A DNA stretch of 64,000 nt from Parasitella parasitica NRRL 2501 (lineage: Eukaryota; Fungi; Mucoromycota): positions 78,647-142,646 of the forward strand of contig MU619298.1 of NCBI GenBank assembly GCA_025201805.1. The letters run 5' to 3'. Below are positions 53,083-64,000 of this stretch, one piece after another (position 1 is the first letter of the stretch; every line of letters starts with the position of its first letter). The position numbers were made by a program, and so were the translations under genes. Below the pieces are notes generated by a model. It searched no databases and was not told where the DNA came from. It was given only the letters and a program-made list of their open reading frames with translations.

Positions 53083-54247
53083 TCATTGCGCATCAATATC
53101 GCTGTGGATCCAAGATCCAACTTTTTCAACCATGTAGTCAACATGTTTTGACTCCAAGCAAAATGCATGTGGGATATTTTCGGGGCAGAGGTGTATCTTG
53201 CCTAAATGCAGCACAGATCAGTCTTATTTTTTTTCCAATTTCTTCTACAATACTAATTCAATTTATGTATGGTTTACCTTCTGGAAAGTGCTTTGTCATA
53301 TAGTCATAATGATCTTTAGGTGCCCATTTGTCATTAGCAGAATAATACATGATGAATTTGTTCAGATGCTGTGTATAGAAATCGTGGTCTAATTCTTTAA
53401 CTGTCTCCATCTCAAAACGAGCCATGGTAACGACATTCTTCAATACATGATTATGAAGTAGCTGATGAGCAGTTACTTGCAGCCCTTCGCCATCCTGTCC
53501 AGTAGCTGTTTTTACAAGAAATTGCCGAACAGGAGGTGCTAGAAATGACATGATGGACCCTGCGATGCCAAACGCAAAAGCTGGTACTTTATTCACTAAA
53601 TGCTATGATAATAAATAGATATGTCAATGATGATGATTTGTCTATCCGATTGCGCTAAAAAGCCTCTGAACTTACATTAATATTGACACCGTTTGGTGTG
53701 ATGGCAATCTCACGAAGTGTCGGAAATAGAGCAATCACCTTTGTAATTCCATGGTTTGGCCTCTTTTTCAAAACTGCAGCAGCAATGTACGAGCCGATTG
53801 AATGGGCCATTAAAATAAATGTAGTATCAGGCCCATTTTCTCTTCTAAGAGCGTCTAGGCAGTCCACTTTGTGTTGGATTTGGTCTTCTAGAGAATACAA
53901 TGTGTTGTCTCTAGCATTATTTTCGTGATAATTGGTTGAATGTCCCTTGTGAGAGACTATTAGAGTTGGATAAATGTATCGAGTTAAAACAGTTCTGTGG
54001 AATTCCGTCTATTATGTAGCATCATACCTCCGATAATTTCAAATGATGGCGAATTAATCTTGGAATAGACCCCTTGAAGAAAGCTAGTGTAATACTCAAT
54101 GAGGCCTGGGTTACCAGGTATGAACATTAAAATGGTTTTGGCTTTAGCGCTTGCCGGCCATAATAGAGTCTCGGTTTGGTAATCTGATACTTCCCAAACC
54201 GCACGTAGAGGCGAGTATTTAAGCGAGTCCTTCATCAATGCTTGCAT
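53083..54247 (-). CDS. Lipid-droplet-associated hydrolase (LDAH/DUF2305-like alpha/beta hydrolase)
   Basis: FIPGNPGLIEYY, YSLEDQIQHK, nucleophile elbow AHSIGSY, LFPTL, DKWAP and IPHAFC across four exons. Confidence 0.88.
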
Positions 54248-55404
54248 GGAAATGAACGACTAAAAAGATCCTTTTTTTTTTTTTTTCCCTCGAATTCTCA
54301 ATCAAGCTGAGGTCAGATATTGGAGATTGAAACCGGTGATACATAACCCGGACGTTCGACGTTTAAATGTGGAGGCAATACAGAGGTGAGAAGCATCACT
54401 CCCTTTAATTCATTAAAGCGAATGCTAAATCACGCTGGTGTATTATGATCTTTGCATGGTATAAATTTCTGACATTTCTCTTTGGCATGATATGGTAATT
54501 TGGACTTGAAGCCTAGCGTTTAAACAAAAATCAACACATTGTTTCAGGGGGGTATCAAGTAACCTCACATATATTATAGTATATCAACTGGTATTATAAC
54601 ACTTGATTTCAACAATAATTCATGTATACAGATATCTTTTGCAACACTATAGTGTAATAATCCTGTGTATTTTTTCGCAGGAAAAAGGTACAGCAAGTGT
54701 AGGAAACGTAGTAATAGATCAAGTGGTAAACAGGGAAGTAATCTGTACATATTTGTATGCAACCGAATGATCCGCACGTTTATGATAATTCATCTTTGGC
54801 TTACAAACAAAAGCATTTAGAGCAATTGTAGATATCGTGTCATTATCAAGTTTTTGTTATATAGGTATGATAAGTCATGACTCTGCCAAAGTGTTACAAA
54901 CGAAAAGTCATGGTGGGTACACATACAGAGTCTGTGCGTTGCCAGCTACCTGTATGTGAAAATCGGTTGCCATCAATACAAGTTCAAGTCATGTCGTCCC
55001 CCTCTGACAATAAAGAGGGGGCTCAAGTATGTATTTGTATGGCTTAAATAGCTACCGTAGAGCTATAAAGTAATGATCGAACATTGATGTCCAATGAAGG
55101 TTGAATTCTTTATCATCGGTTATTTTCGCGGTATAGATCATGCGATCGAATGAGTAAATAGGAGAGGGCTCTTTTTATGGGCAATGTATCTATTTTCTAA
55201 TGTATATATATATACACAACAACAGCAGATGTTAACGCCTGATAAAAAAGACCATAGTAGATCCCCTATTCTACTACCCTTTTTTTTTCACGCGCGTCAT
55301 TATCCAAATTAAGATACAAACTCTTTTTAACCTTTATATAAAATCTCATCTTTTTCCTACTTTCTTTATTTCTTTCCCTTTACTCACTCCTTCTCTTTTT
55401 CATC

Positions 55405-55946
55405 ATGTCACAGCAGCCCAAAATTTGCCTAAAGAAATCAGAGATACAACAGGTAAAGTACAAATCAAGGGGGATTCACTTTTCATTTGAATCTCCACCG
55501 AGAAAATGTGTATAGAAAAATTAAGCGCGAAAATATAGATGATACATCGACTTAAAACGCGATTAGCATTAGCCAACTTCAAACGAATGAATGGATTTGA
55601 AAGTTACGACTTACATACATTGGAATCAAACTTACTCAGAAATCAAATCAAAAAGCATGCAAACAATGAAAAAAGGAAGCATGATCAGCATGGGAAACAT
55701 CGCTATTACCCTAGGATGACTAGCAAAGGTCAGCAAGACACCAGAAGATCTATAAATACAGCTTTCTCGTCAGTATCACCAACACAGCAATTCTTGACAT
55801 TAAGATGCCCTTTATCAGAAAAGCGTAGTACGTCGCCACGGCAAAGATATAAAACTGCAATCCCCTCTGACGAAGATGCAGCCAATGTCTTGGTTATGCT
55901 TCGTAACATGCCGAACGATAAACCAACGTCCTCATTATGTATTTGA
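55405..55946 (+). CDS. Whi5/Nrm1-like G1/S transcription co-repressor
   Basis: Exon MSQQPK...QQ, an intron, then LKTRLALANFKRMNGFESYDLHTLE (Whi5/GTB motif) and C-terminal DEDAANVLVML. Confidence 0.72.
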
Positions 55947-56125
55947 TCCATTAATTTATATTATTTATTTGCATCCTCGTCCCTCCTTTTTTAGGCTACA
56001 AACATTTCACACAATTCTATCTCTATATACCTTTTCTTTGATAAATCACATCTTAAATTAACCCCCCCCCCTACCTCTCCCCCTCACCGCATTTCGCAAG
56101 TTTTTCATTACATATATACAATAGT

Positions 56126-56720
56126 TTATTGATTAAAGAAGTCTAATACTAAATCTCGCACGCGTTTACGAATCAGGGCATTTTCACAAACAACACTGGT
56201 TGCCGCGTAGGGAGATTCCACACGTGCGCACCCCAAGACATGAATCACGGGTTCGTCCGATTCATATTGAATTGGTATACGATGCTATGATGGTTTTGAG
56301 TATATCGATTCGAACATGAAGGAAATTAATTTGGGTGTACCTTTTCTAAATATTGGATAAGCTCCTGCCGTCTTTTATCGAGCCATTCAGGTGTAAACTG
56401 ATTTTCGTTTTGGTACTTTAATGCGTTATCTATTATTTGTAAATCAATATGATCTTCATTATCAACTAAAGTAAAGAAATAAATAATGAATATATTTGCA
56501 TGTATAGGCAAGCATTACTATTTAAATCTTGAACTGAATGATTCATTATTACAATAACATGTTGGTCTTTCATCTCATACAGCACAACATTGCTAGACTG
56601 AGGATCAACTGTGTAGAGATAACCTTTAATGATTTTTTGGTTTTTGAGGGTAACAGTTGTGTAATGACCAAGTAATTCAAATAATTGGTCGCTCGTTTTC
56701 GAGTATATTAAATCCGTCAT
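56126..56720 (-). CDS. GEMIN6: Gemin6-like Sm-fold protein (SMN complex)
   Basis: Three exons: Sm-like GYLYTVDPQSSNVVL...VIMNHSV, then RRQELIQYLEKHRIPI, then HVLGCARVESPY...CENALIRKRVRDLV. Confidence 0.75.
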
Positions 56721-56875
56721 TTATAGCAAGGCAAAAGATTGTAAGATGCAAAAAAAAAAAAAAAAAAAACGCTATGCAAAAAAGCTTTCAACAACGACGT
56801 TGCCTGTATAAAGTCCGATTTTGTAGATCACGAAAATACAACCTTTTTCACTCCCTTTTTCAACCGCAAAACGCA

Positions 56876-57928
56876 ATGGAAGTCGATAAGAAAGCAACTG
56901 CTCTATATTCATTTGACCCTTATCTTTTTGGCTTGTTTCTGCTAGCTTTCTACATCATCCCATACCCCATTTATCGCTTCATAGCGCATCGTTTCAAATG
57001 GGAGACCAATCCCAAGACAATGTCTCGTCATTGGAGCGATTTATTTGATGGTATTTCGTACGGGTTGTTATTGTTTATCTTTGGCAACTATTCCAACACT
57101 CTAAGGTAAGCCCTCATGTTTATCATTGTGGGTTTACCCTACTAGTCTTACAGGAACATACATAGCTGGACAACGGTTGCTGCCTTCTATCCGTCTCTAT
57201 TTAGCTATGCCCTTATTGCTGAGTTGCCATTTACAAGGACCTCTTTACCTGACATAAAGAACTGGCCAAAGGGGATGTGGTTTGTATTTTTATCTGCTTT
57301 AACGTAAGTTGACTGAGCGCTTTAGTTTTGTCTTGTTATTCACAATTCTCTATTCCAGTATTATTCTTGTATTCGCTGGTTATCACATATATCTCGGTTA
57401 TTTGCTGCCCATGCCATTTCTAATTTACTATGTTTCTTGTCTTGCAATTCCTGCCATTATTCTGGCTTCTTCGTTTCTCTTGTCGAAGGAAGTCAATCAA
57501 AATTGGTGTAGGACGAAAATATACTCGTGGAAGTCCAGGAGTAAAAGCAAAAGCGCAACGCAGCAAACAGTTGGAGAAGAAAGCGCTCTATTGCCAGTAA
57601 ATGCTTCTGTGCCTGGAGAAGGCGCTTATAACTCATACACCAGGCAAATAGCTATACATCTTCATCATTGGCAGATATTTTATGTACTGGCATTTTTTAC
57701 AAGGTAGTTTATTTTACAGCTAGCAGGATCAGGGTGAGGGTTTCAATTTTAACTTTGCATATACAGATTCGATGATCCTGTTTCTCAAGTAGGCGCTGGT
57801 ATAGTCTTAGCATGCTACATGGAAGGCATTTGTGCATGTAAGTGATTTTATTCATAGATTTTTGTGCAGATACTTAAACATTTAAAAACGTAACAGATGG
57901 TTATGATCGCTTGGTTAATGATGGTTAA
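56876..57928 (+). CDS. Uncharacterised polytopic membrane protein with HLHHWQIF motif
   Basis: Five exons and several hydrophobic helices. Ends HLHHWQIFYVLAFFTRFDDPVSQVGAGIVLACYMEGICAYGYD. Confidence 0.78.
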
Positions 57929-58070
57929 AATCCATTTTTATTTTTTATTTTTGTTTTTTGTTTTAACATGATGAAAGAAATGATTTGAAATTTACATAAA
58001 AAAAATGAAGAGAGGATATATCGATGAGTTATATTTACATAAATACCTTTGATTTGTTTGAGCTATTTTT

Positions 58071-59384
58071 TTATAATGTACACCAAGTGGACTGTAACAC
58101 TTGATGGATAGTGAAGCGGGTTTTTGGATTAGGATCAAGACAACCCTTGATAAGATCCTGCAATGAAGTTGAGAGATTTGAAGGCATTTCGTAGCGACCA
58201 TCCAATACTTTTTGTTGTAAGCGAAGATCATAGTCATCTTGAAATGGTAATCTAGCCGTGACAAGAGCATAGAGAATGATCCCCAAAGACCAAAGATCAG
58301 TGGACGGGCATGAGATTGCTTTTGCAGATTTAATCTGCTCAGGTGCTGCATATGCAAGAGATCCAGCTGCACAGTCAAGATCACTGACAATGTCAGGTGA
58401 AAGAGGTAAATTCGTAGCAGGATTCACTTTAACAGGTTGTTGACAAATAGCCAAGCCAAAATCGCAGATTTTAACATTATTCTCTTGGTCAATCAGAATA
58501 TTTTCAAGCTTCAAGTCTTTGTGGCAAACTTTGGCTTCCTCGTGCAGATATCGTAAGCCAGAGCATAATTGTAAAAATATTGCGCGGGCTTCATCTTCAG
58601 ACATTGGGGTCTTCAATTTGTTTAACAAACTGCCATTTGCGCAGTAATCACATATAAGAAATGTAGCGTATTCAGTTTCAAGGACTTTTTCGAGGCAAAC
58701 AACGTTGGGATGGTCCAATGTTTTCCAGATAGATAGCTCTCTTTCCAACCGTAGATCGACGTCGTTCAGATCTTGCGGAGTAACATTCTTTCTGATGATT
58801 TTAATGGCCACCTTTTGTCCGTCAGACACCCGAAACCCTTTGCGAACAGTAGCGAAACCTCCATAGCCAATGATTTTATCCAAGACATAATCATCGATCT
58901 CATCACCTTCTTGCTCATCATCCAATTGCTGCTTTTCTTGCGATGGCAGAGGCGAAAGTGCAAATCCTGCAAGAAATGATGCAGCAGGACTCTTGATGCT
59001 CTCCCAAGATTTTGCAGATATCTTGCTAGGTGATTGTAACGACTGGGTTGGGCGATTCAGTTGACATTTGCTACGGGAAACTTCAGCTCTTCGCGGAAAG
59101 GATTTTGATTCGTGATGCGTTGGTGAGGTAGCATTAGTTGTGTTGAATGACGAAGAGGATGAAGATGGTGAGGGAAATGGCGATAGGGTTTGTTGTTGTT
59201 GCTGTTGTTGCTGTAATTGCTTATTTGAGTGCGTCAAGACAGGAGATACAATAGCATGAGCAGAACCTTTTTTGAGATCGTTCTCATAAAAGGAGATGCC
59301 TAGTGAATCAGTGTCAATGTGAAGTGCATTTTTATTCATAAAATTGGCATTCAATTGGCATTTTTTTTTGTTGGTATTATACAT
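58071..59384 (-). CDS. CAMK-group (SNF1/Nnk1-like) Ser/Thr protein kinase
   Basis: Single exon with GYGGFATV, VAIK, HKDLKLEN, DFG, GSLAYAAPE and DLWSLG. Confidence 0.92.
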   Translation of the reverse strand: MYNTNKKKCQLNANFMNKNALHIDTDSLGISFYENDLKKGSAHAIVSPVLTHSNKQLQQQQQQQQTLSPFPSPSSSSSSFNTTNATSPTHHESKSFPRRAEVSRSKCQLNRPTQSLQSPSKISAKSWESIKSPAASFLAGFALSPLPSQEKQQLDDEQEGDEIDDYVLDKIIGYGGFATVRKGFRVSDGQKVAIKIIRKNVTPQDLNDVDLRLERELSIWKTLDHPNVVCLEKVLETEYATFLICDYCANGSLLNKLKTPMSEDEARAIFLQLCSGLRYLHEEAKVCHKDLKLENILIDQENNVKICDFGLAICQQPVKVNPATNLPLSPDIVSDLDCAAGSLAYAAPEQIKSAKAISCPSTDLWSLGIILYALVTARLPFQDDYDLRLQQKVLDGRYEMPSNLSTSLQDLIKGCLDPNPKTRFTIHQVLQSTWCTL

Positions 59385-60489
59385 TTATTATTTTTTACTT
59401 TCTTTCTTTTTAGAAGAGACGAAAAGAAAGAGAAAAAGGGAAAGAAAAGAACTGAATATACTCTCCTAATTATATAAGCAAAAAACAAAAACAAAATCAT
59501 GAGCTGGAAGAAAGATTCCGACTTGGCCAATCATACAAACTGTCTTATCAGGATCAAATTGATTTTAGGTATTTGTATTATCTTAACCAATGAAAAAATT
59601 TGTATTAGATCAAATAATAAAGATAAGCAATCTAATAACACTCCTTTGTTAAAAAACTGTTGGTAGTTGATAAGATCTATGAATTTAACAAATAATCTGC
59701 CACCTTACTCCTTCCCTGATCTTCTCCTTGAATACAGCAGCCACGATCCAGTTTCAATACCAAATGCCTTCTATTACATAAATTAAGCATTATTCGATTA
59801 CATGCTGGCCCGACATTTTCCGACTCGTTTATCAAAATATTACTGTTTTACAAAAAAAAAAAAAAACAGTTCATTCCCACAACAAGAAATTATGCATCAC
59901 ATGCTTAAAATGTGTTTTATGTTTATTTCAATGATAAATACGCCTAATCCAAGTCGGGATCATCCAATCATTACGCCATCTTTGTATCTCTTTGTTTAGC
60001 AAAACAGGAACACCAATCTGTCATATACGTCACAGGGATGATAGTGAAATACTCCTTTTGGGAATTGCGAGACGATTTCCAATTGTTTCTGGGTTTACTG
60101 CATAATTGGTCATACAAACATTTATTTTATTAGAAATCATACTTGGTCTAATCCTTATTCAATATTTATCATGGGCTTTAACAGAATTTACCCACTCTTT
60201 ATAGAGTTTTATCTCCAACATATCAGTAGAGCTTTTTATCAAAGCATTCTGTCTAATTTCTTTTCTTTTGCCAAAAAATGGTTTATGAGTGTGCAAGAAA
60301 GACTATTTTTTTAGCACCATATGCATGATTCTGGGACTAAAATTTTCATAAAATGACGACCCCCGCCATTAGTTCAGGAGAACTAAGCATAAATCTTCAT
60401 CACAGGCATTTGCATCTCAGTAAACATTGTATCCCAAATTAAGCTTTGTTTAAATCAAATGTTTGCCTTAACAGTGAACGAGGTTGGTT

Positions 60490-60745
60490 AACTGTCAGCA
60501 CAGAAAAGGTTCCGCAGAAGGTACTAGCCTACATGTTTATTCAATGCGCTGATCTGCCCGGTGCTAAGGTTAAATGTCACCTGGTTATTCTACAATAAAA
60601 GCAGCTTGATAATGGGATGCGTTGTATAAGGAACCATCTATTTGGGTTCTACCTGTTCTAGGACTTTTCGATGAATGATCCGCTTTCATAATGATTAGCT
60701 GATTAAATATGGGTAGGTCTTGCTATGACTAATACTGTGTGATAA
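60490..60745 (-). pseudogene. Possible highly degenerate Tc1/mariner transposase N-terminal relic
   Basis: The minus strand gives SPRTGR, a frameshift, then PK*M...HPIIKLL...VG*YLLRNL, which resembles the GRP linker and second HTH. Many stops. Confidence 0.25.
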
Positions 60746-61060
60746 TTTTTTTTTGACAATTGAATATCAAACAAGATTTGATTGTATCCATACATTACTT
60801 CATGTAGATTCATTCGATATAAACAGACAACTTCTTGTCAATCAATAAAATCGTTAGTTTTGTATCAGGTAATTAAGTCTTTATTACCACCTCAATTTCA
60901 TTATCATAAACAATCGTCTTCTGTGCCAATTTCAAGACCTGGTACAAATAAATACCAATTACTGCGTCCTGTTTTGTATATTTATAGGCTGTCATTTTAC
61001 AGGTTTTCGGAAAAAAATTAAGTAAACGATAAAAGTCATAGTAATTGTGATAATATATAT

Positions 61061-63344
61061 TAGGGTTTCTTGTAACAAACCCTTTTATTTCTGATAAAAG
61101 CCAAGAAGTTTCTGAGAGAAGAGAAATGTCTCCTTTAAAAGATTTTTAAGTGGGGATTTTCATATTTTGAGAAAAAGAGTAATTGCTTTGTTTCATTCAT
61201 AGTGAAAACACAAAGAAAATATGTTGTGAAATAAGCTCTCTGGAATGGTTCAAAAATGTGGGTCTTAACAAAGCCAGCGTAGATTTTAGGCGTCTAATTT
61301 TTTGATCTAAGCGTACTTTAGTGGGTTATTGTCAGAAAAAAAGACGAAATCGTAAGAAAATAGTGTTTAGCGATTTCAAACACAAAAACAAGTAATTTAA
61401 AGTAATGCATTATACTATAAGACACCTTTTCATTACATGTTTGCATAGCTTAAAGCAAGTTTTTGTACTTTACAAGTTGACATCAGATGAAGATAGCGCT
61501 TTTTCCAACTTTTTTCGGAAAAGTATTTTTTCAAAATCGGAGCGTGAGATCGTCAGGCCAGGTACAGACATACAAGTACTGCCGTTGGAAAGCCAAGAAG
61601 CACACCATTTAAATAAATTAGGTTTCAAATGTTTTTATCTTGAATTGGGAAGCTATGTCTTCTCAAAGATATTGCTTTCTTCAGAAAAAACACCATTTTT
61701 CTTTGATAACGGAGATTAAACGCATCCAAAACCAGGAAGGAAGAATTCTTTCAGAAACTCCATTTGGACAATTAAAAAACAAAATTACTTCTTTAAGGCA
61801 AGATATCATCTTCTCATACTATGCGCACCACGGCTGTCGGTCTATGATAATAGCTGTCTTTTTGGGCGCTCTACACGATGGTATTATTTTATAATTTCTC
61901 GTATGCTTATGGAAGGAATTATATAGAGAAAACCTCAAAACAGATCAAGAGGGAAAAGTCAATATTTTGCTTAATCACAGCGCATTTTCAATCTTTCAGC
62001 TCAAGGAATGGTCTTTTGCGATCATTTTCCGCTAATATATGACATAGTAAAAAGTTGCATTTTTGAGGTCAAAATCGAGGATAATGCATAATCAATGATT
62101 TTGGATGGGTGGATACAAGGAAAAAATCGAAAAAATCCGTGATTTTGCATCGAAAAAAAAATCATGCTCAAATTGCGCCAAAATCATATATAATCTAGTT
62201 TTTTCCTAATGGATACTATTTCTGGTGTTTTCAGGGCACTTTTGATTATGAAAATCAATCAAAAAATGGCACACAAAGCTAAAGTTCTTGATTTTAAGCT
62301 GTAAAAACATCCATCTGGAGATGATATCACGTCAATATCAGTTCTAGTACATGACACAGCCCTTTAAAGTAAGTATTTTTGATGCCACATGTAGTTGGAA
62401 GCGAAGAGGACTATTGATAAATATAATGATTTGCTGTAATGACGCCTTGTGATTTGTGAATAATTCAAAAGTTGCTAATTGCTAGTGACAGAGAAGCTCT
62501 ATTACCATTTTCACTTATAATAATGCCTAATGTCAGTTCAAGAGTCCCTTTTTTGTGATCTTAGCACTAAACATGTCAAATGGAGGTTAGAATTGAGGTT
62601 GAGAGTAATTTTACTAACAAAAGTTAAGCTTCATTCTAAGCCTATGGTAAGTTCCAGGTTCCAGGTTCCAGGTTCCAGACTTAGTCACTGTACTGCAGAG
62701 TACCAAATTCTAAGTGGGGGATTACTTGCTATACCAAACACATTTTTGTGCACCAACCCGTTCGTTATAACTAGTCCCGACTGTATATTCTTTCCTTGAT
62801 ATTAGATATGCTGCCTTAACTCAACAGATAAAACATAAAATAATAATGCGAAGTTATATAAAATAGATGTTTTTATTTACTGAATCTGCTGTGATTTTTC
62901 ATTGTGTAGATGTATAATTTGGCGGATACGTACAAATTAATGCTTTTTAGTATATGCAGTTTGATACTTTGATACTATGATGGTTCTGTGGTTTAAGTCT
63001 AAATACATATGCAGTTCTATAGACTTGTCTAAATATTTGAGTTTATTTAGATGTCTAATATCTAACGGAAATATCTGAAACAATTTATCAATTATGAATT
63101 TCAAACAATTTTGTATTGTGGCCCGTTTGATCAAAAATAAAATAATTAGGGCGTCGTAATTTCGCATATCATTATAAAAGGTTCCCTATTCTTGGGCGTT
63201 TTCAGTATAAAATAGAAGCCTGAAAATGTGATTGTATTTAATACTTTTTGTCCCTACTCGAAATATTCTTAGGAAGACATTTCTCTTGTCTCAGAAACTT
63301 CTCAGCTTTTATCAGAAATAGAAGGTTTGTTATCGGAAACCCTA
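61061..63344. mobile_element. Non-autonomous TIR DNA transposon, hAT-like (TAGGG termini, 8-bp TSD)
   Basis: The ~95-bp left end TAGGGTTTCTTGTAACAAACCCTTTTATTTCTGATAAAAGCCAAGAAGTTTCTGAGAGAAGAGAAATGTC is the imperfect reverse complement of 63250-63344. ATATATAT flanks both sides (61053-61060, 63345-63352). No transposase ORF inside. Confidence 0.8.
62651..62678 (+). repeat. (GTTCCAG)4 tandem repeat inside the TIR element
   Basis: Four perfect 7-mers. Confidence 0.9.
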
Positions 63345-64000
63345 ATATATATAAGCACGAACATCGCGACCTTTATCATTTACTTGTAGAAGACAAATTT
63401 GTATTGAAACTAGCAGTGTTATTATTTTCTAGGACAAGTCTTGATGCATAAATCATGGCTTTTTTCAACTATTTTTATTAGGCTCATCTACTTGAAAAAG
63501 CCCTGGAAGCTTTCTTGATACCATGTCCTTCTTTAATTTAGTCTTTGGTACCTTCGATTGATTAAAATCTGATAACCAACATGTTGTGTTCTTTTTTGGC
63601 ACCAGATTTTGGATTTGATTGACACTTTATTAAGAATATCTCTAGAAACTATCATAACATAATATACCTTTGTTCCAAATGTATTAATAAAATATTAAAA
63701 ATTACATCTAATCGTATATACTGAAAGCAACTCTCTTTCCAAAAATCTGGATTAAATAGAAATATGCTTTTTGTATAAAAGCTGATACCCAATTAATAAA
63801 TACCTAAAATGGTATCCTGTATCACAGTTAATGCTTTCGATCAAAGTACACCATAGAAGACAAAATGTTCATTTTACCTTGTAGATCCTCATAAAAAAGT
63901 ATTGAAAATCGATGGTTTTTTTTTCACAGATTTTTTAGGTGGAAATGCATTCGTTAATAGTTATCCGTTTCCGGAAGCTATTCGGTGTAATTCTTAGTAC

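Noticed and set aside
28000-55946. Several regulators (MedA, HSF, bHLH, Whi5) as a functional cluster or mating-type locus
   Set aside because: They are interspersed with unrelated housekeeping genes, and there are no HMG sexP/sexM, tptA or rnhA genes.
63400-64000. Possible degenerate DDE transposase (CDTGYHFR on minus strand)
   Set aside because: A single short motif among many stops is insufficient without a profile search.

Overview
Eukaryotic DNA from an early-diverging fungus, most likely Mucorales/Mucoraceae. This is inferred from short GT-AG introns, long poly-A/T tracts and a gene set that includes a Gemin6-like gene. There is one 10-N gap. About 20 mostly spliced genes are present: a PD-(D/E)xK nuclease-like gene (5'-truncated), a DUF3712/Tag1-like membrane protein, dUTPase, a Jsn1/Puf-RRM protein, PEX13, IDI1, a MedA-like TF, an HSF-type TF, a P5B-ATPase, syntaxin-18/Ufe1, complex I NDUFS3, an ArfGAP, a bHLH TF, an LDAH-like hydrolase, Whi5/Nrm1-like and Gemin6-like genes, a CAMK-type kinase and several uncharacterised proteins. 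Accessory DNA lies at 1-4.2 kb, 10-15 kb, 30-34.5 kb, 52 kb and 59.5-64 kb. It includes an internally deleted Helitron with four zinc knuckles, a 105-bp nested palindrome, degenerate transposase relics, a quasi-palindromic tandem repeat family and a 2.3-kb TIR element with an 8-bp TSD. The best candidate for something undescribed is a ~185-nt non-coding element present twice (30220-30401 and 34074-34266), with block-wise conservation and shared, partly mutually exclusive base-pairing. No tRNA, rRNA or CRISPR feature was seen. Exon boundaries were read by eye.
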